This document shows positions 8,639 to 17,260 of a stretch of DNA of 32,000 bases, piece after piece. A program made the translations under genes and the position numbers. Under the pieces are notes generated by a model. The model did not search any database, was not told where the DNA came from, and was given only the letters and a program-made list of their open reading frames with translations. Each line of letters begins with the position of its first letter. Positions within the stretch are counted from its first letter, which is position 1. The stretch comes from Micrococcus luteus NCTC 2665. Its GTDB lineage: Bacteria > Actinomycetota > Actinomycetes > Actinomycetales > Micrococcaceae. The stretch lies in assembly GCF_000023205.1 (NCBI RefSeq), contig NC_012803.1, positions 1,920,001 through 1,952,000 of the forward strand, read 5' to 3'.

Positions 8639-8676
8639 CGACGACGGCGCACCGGACCGGTGCGCCGCCGTCGTCG
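8639..8676 (+). terminator. GC-rich hairpin after the permease gene (intrinsic terminator candidate)
   Basis: The left arm cgacgacggcgcacc pairs with ggtgcgcc(gcc)gtcgtcg, which carries a 3-nt bulge. The hairpin is followed by tgtg and starts 12 nt after the stop codon. Confidence 0.5.
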
Positions 8677-8729
8677 TGTGCGGCGCGGGGTGTCGGCCCC
8701 GCCCCGCGCGGCGTGATGGGATGGGCCGC

Positions 8730-10976
8730 ATGCCCCAGACCACTTCGCACGCCCCCGTCCCGCCGTCCGTCTCCGCCGAGCCCGTGGCCCGCCGCCACCA
8801 CGGCCACACGTTCCAGGACGACTTCGAGTGGCTGCGCGGCAAGGCGGAGCCCCGCGTGCTCGAGCACCTGGCCGCCGAGAACGCGTACACCGAGGCCGTG
8901 ACCGCGGACCAGGCGCCGCTGCGCGAGGCGATCGTCGGCGAGATCAAGGCCCGCACGGTGGAGACGGACCGCTCCGTGCCCGCCCGCCGGGACGGGTGGT
9001 GGTACTTCGTGCGCACCCGCGAGGGCGCCGAGTACCCGATCCACTGCCGCGTGCCCGCACGCGACACCGGCGACCTCGAGGCCGACTGGACCCCGCCCGT
9101 CGTCACCCCGGACGCCGCCCTGCCGGGCGAGCAGGTGATCCTGGACGGCAACGCCGAGGCCGAGGGGCACCCGTTCTTCGCGCTCGGCGGCCTGCACATC
9201 AGCCCGGACGCCACCCGGGTGGCCTACGCCGTGGACCACACCGGCGACGAGCGCTTCACCCTGCGCGTGCGCGAGATCGCCACGGGCGAGGACCTGCCGG
9301 ACGCGGTCGAGAACGTGGCCCACGGCGTCCGCTTCGACCGCTCGGGCACCCGCGTGTTCTACACCGTGTGGGACGACTCGTGGCGGCCGTACCAGGTCAA
9401 GGCCCATGTGCTCGGCACCGACCCGGCCGAGGACGTGCTCCTGCACGAGGAGGCCGACCCGGGCATGTGGACCGGCTTCGAGGGCGTGGCCGACCGCACC
9501 CAGCTGCTGATCGGCGTCGGCAACTCGGAGGTCTCCGAGACCCTCGTGGTCGACCTGCCGGAGGACCCCGCCGCGCCCCTGCCCGCCCCGCGTGTGCTGA
9601 TCCCCCGCGCGTGGCGGATGCTCGCGGACGTCGAGCCCGTCACGGACGCCGACGGCGTCCGCCGGCTGCTCGTGGTCCACGACCGCGCCCTGGACGACGA
9701 CGGCGCCCCCGTCGCCGCGCCCAACGGGATGCTCTCGGTGGTCGCCGAGGCGGACGTCGCCGACCGCGGCGCCTGGCGCACCGTCGTGCCGCACCGCGAG
9801 GACGTGAAGGTCGACGGCGTCATGGTCACCCTGACCCACGCCGCCCTGGCCGTGCGCCGGGAGACGACCCCGCGCGTCGTCGTCGCCGAGCTGGACGCCG
9901 TGCTGGCCGGGCAGGCCGCGCACTGGCGCGAGCCCGCGTTCGACGAGGAGCTCTACGCGTGCCACCTGTCCGCGACGGCGGCCGAGTCCCCGTTCCTGCG
10001 GCTGGCCTACACGTCCTGGATCACGCCCGCGCGCGTGCTGGACGTCTCGGCGGCGACCGGCGAGGTGCACCTGCGCCGCGAGACGGAGGTGCCCGGCTAC
10101 GACCCGGCCGACTACGTGGCCGAGCGCGTGTGGGCGCCCGCGTCCGAGCCGTCGTCGGTGACCGGGGAGGACGTGCGGATCCCCGTCACCGTGATCCGGC
10201 GCCGCAGCGTGGAGCCGGACGGGACGGCCCCGTGCGTGGTGTACGGCTACGGCTCCTACGAGATGTCCATGGACCCCGTGCTGGGTGTGGCCCGGCTGTC
10301 CCTGCTGGACCGGGGCGTGGTGTTCGCGGTCGCGCACGTGCGCGGCGGCGGCGAACTGGGCCGGCGCTGGTACGAGGACGGCAAGAAGCTGGCCAAGCGG
10401 CACTCCTTCACGGACTTCGTGGACGCCACCCGGCACCTCGTGGACCTCGGCTGGGCGGACCCGGCGCGCGTGGCCTGCATGGGCGGCTCGGCCGGCGGCC
10501 TGCTCATGGGCGCGGTGCTGAACCTCGCGCCGGATCTGTACCGGGCGTGCCTGGCGGTGGTGCCGTTCGTGGACGCGCTCACCACCATCCTCGACCCGGA
10601 GCTGCCGCTGTCCGCGCTCGAGTGGGAGGAGTGGGGCAACCCGATCGAGGACGCGGCCGTGTATGAGGCCATGCGCGCCTACACCCCGTACGAGAACGTG
10701 CGGGCGGTGGACTACCCGGCGATCGCGGCCGTGACGAGTCTGAACGACACCCGCGTGCACTACGTCGAGCCGGCCAAGTGGGTGGCCCAGCTGCGCCGCA
10801 CCGTCACCTCGGACCAGGCGAGGCCGCTGGCCGACGGCGGCGCGCCCGTGCTGCTGCGCACCGAGATGGACGGTGGGCACGGGGGCGCCTCCGGCCGGTA
10901 CCAGGGCTGGGAGGACACCGCGTGGGAGTACGCGTTCCTGCTCACGGCGCTGGGGGCCGTCGAGCGGCTGGACTGA
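8730..10976 (+). CDS. ptrB: oligopeptidase B / protease II (S9A prolyl oligopeptidase family)
   Basis: The N-terminal beta-propeller region reads RRHHGHTFQDDFEWLR...ENAYTEAV. The C-terminal catalytic triad context is GGSAGGLLMG (Ser), SLNDTRV (Asp) and GGHGG (His). I chose the ATG at 8730 (MPQTTSH...); the track ORF begins at 8676. Confidence 0.88.
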   Translation: MPQTTSHAPVPPSVSAEPVARRHHGHTFQDDFEWLRGKAEPRVLEHLAAENAYTEAVTADQAPLREAIVGEIKARTVETDRSVPARRDGWWYFVRTREGAEYPIHCRVPARDTGDLEADWTPPVVTPDAALPGEQVILDGNAEAEGHPFFALGGLHISPDATRVAYAVDHTGDERFTLRVREIATGEDLPDAVENVAHGVRFDRSGTRVFYTVWDDSWRPYQVKAHVLGTDPAEDVLLHEEADPGMWTGFEGVADRTQLLIGVGNSEVSETLVVDLPEDPAAPLPAPRVLIPRAWRMLADVEPVTDADGVRRLLVVHDRALDDDGAPVAAPNGMLSVVAEADVADRGAWRTVVPHREDVKVDGVMVTLTHAALAVRRETTPRVVVAELDAVLAGQAAHWREPAFDEELYACHLSATAAESPFLRLAYTSWITPARVLDVSAATGEVHLRRETEVPGYDPADYVAERVWAPASEPSSVTGEDVRIPVTVIRRRSVEPDGTAPCVVYGYGSYEMSMDPVLGVARLSLLDRGVVFAVAHVRGGGELGRRWYEDGKKLAKRHSFTDFVDATRHLVDLGWADPARVACMGGSAGGLLMGAVLNLAPDLYRACLAVVPFVDALTTILDPELPLSALEWEEWGNPIEDAAVYEAMRAYTPYENVRAVDYPAIAAVTSLNDTRVHYVEPAKWVAQLRRTVTSDQARPLADGGAPVLLRTEMDGGHGGASGRYQGWEDTAWEYAFLLTALGAVERLD

Positions 10977-10988
10977 CGGGGCGGACGG

Positions 10989-12872
10989 TCAAGCCTCGGC
11001 CGCGCCGCGGGCGTCCTCCAGGGCGTCCACGGCGCGGATCAGGCCCAGGTGGGAGAACGCCTGCGGGAAGTTGCCCGCCATCCGGTCCAGCTCGTCGTCG
11101 TACTCCTCGGCCATGAGCAGCAGGTCGTTGGCACAGTCGTCCAGGCGGGCCATGAGGCGCTCCGCGTCCTCGACGCGGCCGGATCGGGCGTACTGCTCCA
11201 CGAGCCAGAAGGCGCACATGATGAACGGCGCCTCCTCGCCCGGCAGCCCGTCCATGCCGGTGGCGCGGTACCGCATCACCAGGCCGGTCTGGGTGACGAG
11301 GTCCTCCTCCACGCGGGCCACCGTGGCGAGCATGTGCGGATCGTCGTGGGGCACGAAGCCGGTGTGGGGGATCTGCAGCAGGGAGGCGTCCGTCTCCGTG
11401 GAGCCGTAGGTCTGCCGGAAGGCGCCGTCCTCGTCCACGCCCTCGGTGAGGATCTCCTCCCGTAGCTCCTCCCGCGCCCGCTCCCAGGCCTCGAGCTCGT
11501 CGTCGCGGGCCGGCAGCCCGTGGTCCCGGGCGGCGTGCAGGGCCTGGTCCAGGGCGGCCCACATCATCACGCGGCCGTGCGTGAAGAACGCGGGCTCGCC
11601 CCGCATCTCCCACAGGCCGTGCTCCTTCGTGTCCCGGTGCGCCAGCAGGCGCTCCACGAGCCGCTTCTGCAGCGTCCAGGACCACGGGTCCTCCCCCACG
11701 CCCGCGTCCCGCAGCTTCCCGAGGGCGAGCATCACCGTGCCGATCACGTCCGCCTGCCACTGGTCCGCGGCCCCGTTGCCCACGTGCACGGGGCGCGAGC
11801 CCTCGTAGCCGGGCAGGTGCTCGAGGTCCCGCTCGGGCATGCGGCGCCCGCCGGAGAGCGTGTACATGATCTGCACGTCCTGCGGGTCGCCGGCGATCGC
11901 GCGCAGCAGCCAGTCCCGCCAGGCCTTGGCGTCCTCCGTGTGGTTGTGGGCCATGAGCGCCTCGAGGGTGAGGGCGGTGTCCCGCAGCCACACGTAGCGG
12001 TAGTCCCAGTTGCGCACGCCCCCGATGTCCTCCGGCAGGCTCGCGGTGGGGGCGGCCACGATGCCGCCCGTGTCCCGGTGGGTCAGGCCCTTGAGCACCA
12101 GCAGGGAGCGGGCCACCCGGTCGGCGCGCGGGCCGGTGGCCTCCAGCTCGCCCAGCCACTCCACCCAGCCGGCCACGGTGGCCTCGAGGGCCCGCTCCGC
12201 GTTCGGGGCGGCCGGCGCCATGAACCACGAGGGGTACCAGGCGAGCGTCCATGCGGCGGACCCGCCCTCCTCCAGCGGGGTGCTGCCGCGGTGGCTCAGC
12301 CCGTCCGGGCTCAGGTCCGGCCCGTGCACGGCCAGGGCGTCGCCGCCGGCGACCACCGCGAGGAAGGACTCCCCCGCCGGGTCGGTCTGCCGGGACACCC
12401 ACGGGGTCACCTCGCCGTAGTCCAGCCGGACGTGGAGCCGCTGCTCCACGCTCACGCGGCCGGCGGTGCAGCGCACGAGCCGCACCAGGTCCGCCCGGGC
12501 CTGTTCGCCCTCGCCCGTCGAGGCGAGCGCGCCGCCGTCGTCGTCCACCGCCACGCCGGAGCCGCGATGGCTGGTCAGCGGCATGAACTCGAGGACCTCC
12601 GCCTCCCCCTCGGGGCCGCGCCAGCGCGTGCGCAGCACGAGCGTGCCGGGCAGGTAGGCGCGCTCCACGACCTCGCCGTCGGCGATCCGCAGGCTCCACT
12701 GCCCGTGCTCCGGCTCGCCCAGCAGGGAGGTGAATACGGACGGGGCGTCGAACCGGGGCAGGCACAGCCACGTCACGTCCCCCTCGCGGGTGACGAGCGC
12801 CCCCGAGTGCTGGTTGGACAGGTACGCGTGGTCCTCGATGAGCGGCGGGCGGCGGGGGGTCGTCGTGGTCAT
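10989..12872 (-). CDS. glycoside hydrolase family 15 protein (glucoamylase/trehalase-like)
   Basis: 627 aa starting MTTTTPRRPPLIEDHAYLSNQHSGALVTREGDVTWLCLPRFDAPSVFTSLLG. It contains ...GGIVAAPTASLPE..GG.RNWDYRYVWLRD... and ends ...FWLVEQYARSGR...GNFPQAFSHLGLI, all typical of actinobacterial GH15 enzymes. GGAGGG sits upstream of the ATG at 12872. The 230-codon upstream extension in the track ORF overlaps zwf and is rejected. Confidence 0.85.
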   Translation of the reverse strand: MTTTTPRRPPLIEDHAYLSNQHSGALVTREGDVTWLCLPRFDAPSVFTSLLGEPEHGQWSLRIADGEVVERAYLPGTLVLRTRWRGPEGEAEVLEFMPLTSHRGSGVAVDDDGGALASTGEGEQARADLVRLVRCTAGRVSVEQRLHVRLDYGEVTPWVSRQTDPAGESFLAVVAGGDALAVHGPDLSPDGLSHRGSTPLEEGGSAAWTLAWYPSWFMAPAAPNAERALEATVAGWVEWLGELEATGPRADRVARSLLVLKGLTHRDTGGIVAAPTASLPEDIGGVRNWDYRYVWLRDTALTLEALMAHNHTEDAKAWRDWLLRAIAGDPQDVQIMYTLSGGRRMPERDLEHLPGYEGSRPVHVGNGAADQWQADVIGTVMLALGKLRDAGVGEDPWSWTLQKRLVERLLAHRDTKEHGLWEMRGEPAFFTHGRVMMWAALDQALHAARDHGLPARDDELEAWERAREELREEILTEGVDEDGAFRQTYGSTETDASLLQIPHTGFVPHDDPHMLATVARVEEDLVTQTGLVMRYRATGMDGLPGEEAPFIMCAFWLVEQYARSGRVEDAERLMARLDDCANDLLLMAEEYDDELDRMAGNFPQAFSHLGLIRAVDALEDARGAAEA

Positions 12873-12936
12873 GCCCTCCAGTCCATCATCCGCGACGCGC
12901 GGCGGGCCAGGGCTGAGGCCGCGCCCGGCCCGGCGG

Positions 12937-12975
12937 GCATGGACGGGCACGCATGGACGGGCACGCATGGACTGG
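12937..12975. repeat. 14-bp tandem direct repeat GCATGGACGGGCAC, about 2.8 copies
   Basis: Copy 1 spans 12937-12950 and copy 2 spans 12951-12964; the two are identical. A partial third copy, gcatggactgg, spans 12965-12975. The repeat lies in the divergent GH15/zwf intergenic region. Confidence 0.8.
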
Positions 12976-13034
12976 ATCGGCGGGCCGACGGGAGACTGGC
13001 CGGGACCGCCCGCCGCCGACGCCGAAGGACACCC

Positions 13035-14435
13035 ATGACCTCCCCCGCCGACCGCGACGATGTCGCCCTGATCATCCTGGGCGCCACCGGTGACCTCACC
13101 TCGCGCCTGCTGCTGCCCGGCCTGGCCGGTGCGCTGGCCGCCCACGACCTGCCGCGGGTGACGCTCGTGGGCTCCTCCCACAGCGAGCACAGCACGGACG
13201 AGTGGCGCTCGATCGTGCGCGAGGGCCTCGCGGGCGCCGCCCTGGACGAGGACGAGGTCGAGGACCTCGTCGCGCGCGCCGCGTGGCACACCGCCGACGC
13301 CACGGACGCCGACGACCTGCGCGCCCTGTTCGAGACGGCCCGCGAGGCCGCCGGCCCGGACGCCGCGCCCGTGCTGTACTTCGCCCTCGGCCCCGGCATC
13401 ACGCGGGAGGCCGTGGGCGCGCTCGCCGGCTTGGAAGACCTGCCGGACGGGCTGCGCCTGGCCCTGGAGAAGCCGTTCGGCGAGGACGAGGAGAGCGCCC
13501 GCGAGCTCAACGCGGTGCTGGCCGACGTCGTCGAGGAGGACCGCGTGTTCCGCGTGGACCACTTCCTGGGCGAGTCCATGGTCACCGCGCTGCTCGGGCT
13601 GCGCACCGCGAACCGGCTGCTGGGGCGCGTGTGGGGCGGGCGTGACGTGGAGCGGGTCGACGTGGTGGTGGACGAGACGATCGCGCTCGAGGGGCGCGCC
13701 GAGTTCTACGACGGCACCGGCGCGCTAAAGGACATGGTCCAGTCGCACCTGCTGCAGGTGCTGGCCATGGCGGCGCTCGAGCCGCCGGAGCGGCTGCGTC
13801 CGCAGGAACTGCACGACGCCGTCGTCGAGGTCCTGCGCGCCACCCGGGTGTGGCAGGACGACCCCGTGGCCGCCTCCCGCCGCGCCCGCTACACCGCCGG
13901 CGAGGTGGACGGCGAGCGGATCCCCGCCTACGCGGAGGAGGAGGGCGTGGACCCCGGGCTGCGGACCGAGACGCTGGCCGAGGTCACCCTCGCCGTGGAC
14001 ACCGAGCGGTGGCGCGGCGTGCCGTTCCGGCTGCGCTCCGGCAAGGCGCTGGGCCGGAAGCGGTGGGAGGTGGCGCTGACCCTGCGGGCGCCCGAGGACG
14101 TGCCGGAGGGCCTCTCGCCCGCGGAGGGCCGGGACCGGATCGTGGTGGGCCTGGACCCGCGCGAGGTGCGGATCGAGCTCGCCGTGGACGGGGCCGACAC
14201 CCCGTTCGACGCCGAGCGGCGCACCCTCGCCGCCGACCTGGGCGAGGAGCAGGTGGACGCCTACGGGGAGGTGCTGCGCGGCATCCTCACCGGGCAGACG
14301 CTGCTGAGCGTGCGCGGCGACGCCGCCGAGGAGTGCTGGCGGATCCTGGCGCCGGTGCTCGCCGCGTGGGAGGCCGAGGAGGTGCCGCTGGACGAGTACC
14401 CGGCCGGGTCGGCGGGGCCGGCGGGCTGGGGGTGA
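13035..14435 (+). CDS. zwf: glucose-6-phosphate dehydrogenase paralog (Zwf1-like, divergent motifs)
   Basis: 466 aa. The nucleotide-binding motif is ILGATGDLTSRLLLPGL. Other motifs are LEKPFGED, the active-site region RVDHFLGES, and DMVQSHLLQVLAMAALEPP. GAAGGA lies upstream of the ATG at 13035. Confidence 0.8.
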   Translation: MTSPADRDDVALIILGATGDLTSRLLLPGLAGALAAHDLPRVTLVGSSHSEHSTDEWRSIVREGLAGAALDEDEVEDLVARAAWHTADATDADDLRALFETAREAAGPDAAPVLYFALGPGITREAVGALAGLEDLPDGLRLALEKPFGEDEESARELNAVLADVVEEDRVFRVDHFLGESMVTALLGLRTANRLLGRVWGGRDVERVDVVVDETIALEGRAEFYDGTGALKDMVQSHLLQVLAMAALEPPERLRPQELHDAVVEVLRATRVWQDDPVAASRRARYTAGEVDGERIPAYAEEEGVDPGLRTETLAEVTLAVDTERWRGVPFRLRSGKALGRKRWEVALTLRAPEDVPEGLSPAEGRDRIVVGLDPREVRIELAVDGADTPFDAERRTLAADLGEEQVDAYGEVLRGILTGQTLLSVRGDAAEECWRILAPVLAAWEAEEVPLDEYPAGSAGPAGWG

Positions 14436-14471
14436 GGGGCGGGGCCGAGAGGCGCCGTGGCACCGATATGA

Positions 14472-14504
14472 CCCTTCTCAGCGCTCTTCAGTCCCTGAGA
14501 AGGG
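14472..14504 (+). terminator. 10-bp stem hairpin (CCCTTCTCAG / CTGAGAAGGG, 13-nt loop) 37 nt after the zwf stop; possible terminator or RNA element
   Basis: The arms are exact complements, at 14472-14481 and 14495-14504. There is no U-tract. The region is locally AT-richer. Confidence 0.35.
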
Positions 14505-14594
14505 CCGTTCCGGTGCCGAGGATGCTGCGCGGCTGAGCTCCCGTTCCTCGAACGAGAGCGCCGCTGGGGGCTCCCGTTTCCCGAACGAAGGCGC
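14503..14594. repeat. three degenerate direct repeats with a period of about 33-36 nt (core [G]CTCCCGTT(T)CC(T)CGAACGARRGCGC)
   Basis: R2 (14537-14561) is gctcccgttcctcgaacgagagcgc and R3 (14570-14594) is gctcccgtttcccgaacgaaggcgc. R1 (14503-14530), ggccgttccggtgccgaggatgctgcgc, is weaker. R2 contains the mini-palindrome CGTTC-ctc-GAACG. The repeats end 19 nt before the menB -10 box. Confidence 0.6.
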
Positions 14595-14612
14595 GGGGTG
14601 GCGGGCCGCCGG

Positions 14613-14618
14613 TACTGT
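14613..14618 (+). promoter_or_regulatory. -10-like hexamer TACTGT, 7 nt upstream of the menB ATG (14626); leaderless-type promoter candidate
   Basis: The sequence reads ggTACTGTtctgggcATG. There is no Shine-Dalgarno sequence between the hexamer and the start. Confidence 0.4.
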
Positions 14619-14625
14619 TCTGGGC

Positions 14626-15597
<972 letters not shown>

Positions 15598-15628
15598 CCG
15601 ACCACCACGGCAGGACGGAGACCCGCCC

Positions 15629-17194
15629 ATGCTCGCTCTGCTCAACGACCAGCCCATCCTCGTCCTCATGGCCACGGTTGCCCTGGGCGCCGCCGTCGGC
15701 ACCATCCCCCTGGGCAAGATCCGCCTCGGCGCTTCGGGAGCACTGTTCGTGGGCCTGCTCGTCGGGGCGGTGCTGCCCGACGTCGGCGACCGGCTGGCCC
15801 TGTTCCAGAGCTTCGGCCTGGCCCTGTTCGCCTACCTGATCGGGCTCGGCGCCGGCAAGGTGTTCTTCCGGGACCTGCGCCGCAACCTGCCCCTGATGCT
15901 GGCCGCCGTCGTCGTGGTGATCCTCACCGCCTTCACGGTGCACCCGCTGGCCGCGCTGCTCAACCTGGACCTGCCGACGGCGATCGGCGTGTGGACGGGT
16001 TCGCTCACCGCGACGCCGGCGATGGCGCTGGCGAACCAGCTCACCGGCGGGCAGGCCCCGGCCGTAGGCTACGGGCTGTCCTACCTGGTGGGCGTGGTCG
16101 GCACCATCATCGCGATCACCGTGCTCGCCGCCCGCCCGTGGAGCAGTTCCCCGCGCGATCCGGCGCCGGTGACCGACGGCAAGCTGCGCTTCACCGCCGC
16201 GGCCGCCACCTCCGCCCTCGCCGTGCGGGAGATCCCGGGGATCGCCGAGGGGCTGGTGCGCGTGGTGGCGCTGCGCCACGGCGGCGTGGCCCGGATCGCC
16301 GGCTCCGCCGACCGGATCGAACCCGGGGACGAGGTCGTCCTGGACGGCACGGAGAAGAACATCGACGCGGCCGTGCAGGCCTTCGGCCGACGCACCGGCG
16401 CCGACCCGGCGCGGGTGATGAACCCGCTGCAGACCTCCATGGTCATCGTCACGGCCCGCGCCCTGGCCGATCGCCGCCTGGGCACGCTGTCCCTGCGCGA
16501 GCGCTTCGGCACCGACGTCGCCCGGCTGCGGCGCGACGACGTCGAGTCGCTGGCCACCCCGCAGACCGAGCTCAAGGTCGGCGACCGGGTGCTCATCGTG
16601 ACCACCGCGCCGCGGATGGAGGCGGTGCGCGACTTCTTCGGCAACTCGACGCGCGGGCTCTCGGACCTGGACTGGATCTCCCTGGGCACGGGCATGGCGC
16701 TGGGCTACCTGCTGGGCATGGTGACGATCCCGCTTCCGGGCGGGGCCTCCTTCTCCCTCGGCCCGGCGGCCGGGTGCATCCTCGTCGGCCTCGCCCTCGG
16801 TGCGATCGGCCGAACGGGACCCACGGTGTGGGAGCCGTCCACGGAGATCGCACTGACACTGCGGCAGTTCGGCCTCATGCTCTTCCTGGGCGTGGTGGGC
16901 CTGGCCGCCGGCCCGGCGTTCATCGAGACGGTGTTCACCCGGGTCGGCGGGCTGGCCATCCTGATGTCCGCCGTGCTCACCGCGCTGACCGCGGCCCTGC
17001 TCATCGCCGCGGCACGGCTGCTGGGGCAGTCCGTGGATCGCACCTTCGGGGCGCTGGCGGGCATCACGGGCCAGCCGGCGATCCTGGACTACGCGCTCTC
17101 CCGGTCCACCGACGCCCGCGTGACCGAGGGGTACGCCCAGCTGTTCGCACTGATCATGGTGGTCAAGATCGCCACCGTGCCGTTCATGCTCTGA
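15629..17194 (+). CDS. AAE-family (aspartate:alanine exchanger / YidE-YbjL / SucE-type) transporter with two central RCK_C (TrkA_C) domains
   Basis: 521 aa. The N-terminal hydrophobic half begins MLALLNDQPILVLMATVALGAAVGTIPLGKIRLGASGALFVGLLVG. Two soluble repeats follow (...RIEPGDEVVLDGTEKNIDAAV..., ...ELKVGDRVLIVTTAPRMEAVRDFFG), then a second hydrophobic half. The gene starts 31 nt after the menB stop, and GGACGGAG lies upstream. Confidence 0.8.
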   Translation: MLALLNDQPILVLMATVALGAAVGTIPLGKIRLGASGALFVGLLVGAVLPDVGDRLALFQSFGLALFAYLIGLGAGKVFFRDLRRNLPLMLAAVVVVILTAFTVHPLAALLNLDLPTAIGVWTGSLTATPAMALANQLTGGQAPAVGYGLSYLVGVVGTIIAITVLAARPWSSSPRDPAPVTDGKLRFTAAAATSALAVREIPGIAEGLVRVVALRHGGVARIAGSADRIEPGDEVVLDGTEKNIDAAVQAFGRRTGADPARVMNPLQTSMVIVTARALADRRLGTLSLRERFGTDVARLRRDDVESLATPQTELKVGDRVLIVTTAPRMEAVRDFFGNSTRGLSDLDWISLGTGMALGYLLGMVTIPLPGGASFSLGPAAGCILVGLALGAIGRTGPTVWEPSTEIALTLRQFGLMLFLGVVGLAAGPAFIETVFTRVGGLAILMSAVLTALTAALLIAAARLLGQSVDRTFGALAGITGQPAILDYALSRSTDARVTEGYAQLFALIMVVKIATVPFML

Positions 17195-17199
17195 CCGGC

Positions 17200-17237
17200 C
17201 GGTCGGATCCGGTCCGCCGCGCGGGTCCGTCCGACCG
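17200..17237 (+). terminator. GC-rich compound hairpin after the transporter gene (terminator candidate)
   Basis: The outer stem pairs cggtcgga (17200-17207) with tccgaccg (17230-17237). An inner stem of about 7 bp surrounds the loop cgc. The hairpin starts 5 nt after the stop codon and ends 10 nt before the menE -10 box. Confidence 0.35.
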
Positions 17238-17247
17238 TCGGGCCTCC

Positions 17248-17253
17248 TACACT
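17248..17253 (+). promoter_or_regulatory. -10-like hexamer TACACT, 7 nt upstream of the menE ATG (17261); leaderless-type promoter candidate
   Basis: The sequence reads cctccTACACTcggggccATG. Confidence 0.4.
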
Positions 17254-17260
17254 CGGGGCC

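Noticed and set aside
6966-10880. A 1304-aa ORF on the minus strand spanning the MFS 5' end, the whole NCS2 permease gene and most of ptrB.
   Set aside because: It is antisense to genes with unmistakable family signatures. Its translation is a monotonous Arg/Gly/His/Asp/Val/Ala-rich string with no motifs. Long stop-free antisense frames are expected at this GC content because stop codons are AT-rich. The same reasoning applies to 15446..18625 (-), 26917..29757 (-), 1377..3209 (+), 5764..7287 (+), 21508..24303 (+) and the other Arg/Pro/Gly-rich shadow ORFs in the track.
12937-12975. The tandem 14-bp repeats, considered as a possible CRISPR or minisatellite array.
   Set aside because: The copies are directly adjacent with no spacers, there are fewer than three of them, and no cas genes are present. 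I keep it as a promoter-region tandem repeat, not a CRISPR array.
12873-13562. A 230-codon N-terminal extension of the GH15 ORF (track ORF 10989..13562), and the matching upstream extension of the zwf ORF (11520..14435).
   Set aside because: Each extension runs antisense through the other gene and has a shadow-ORF composition. Internal ATGs with good SD sequences (12872 and 13035) give proteins whose N-termini match their families. Similar upstream extensions were rejected for bkdA (5151), the lrp-like gene (5242), ptrB (8676), ccsA, resB, the phosphatase, bS22, acuC and proC.
14423-14444. A G-quadruplex-type motif, GGGCTGGGGGTGAGGGGCGGGG, straddling the zwf stop codon.
   Set aside because: Four G-tracts with short loops do fit the formal G4 pattern. 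However, such runs are expected by chance in DNA this GC-rich, and nothing else marks this one as functional.
14468-14536. A small ORF encoding MTLLSALQSLRRAVPVPRMLRG in the zwf-menB gap.
   Set aside because: There is no SD sequence at a usable distance; the nearest, GAGAGG, is about 15 nt away. Its codon use is atypical for this genome (CTT, GCT, AGA, AGG, GTT). It also coincides with the hairpin arms, so a structural or regulatory DNA or RNA role is more likely than coding.
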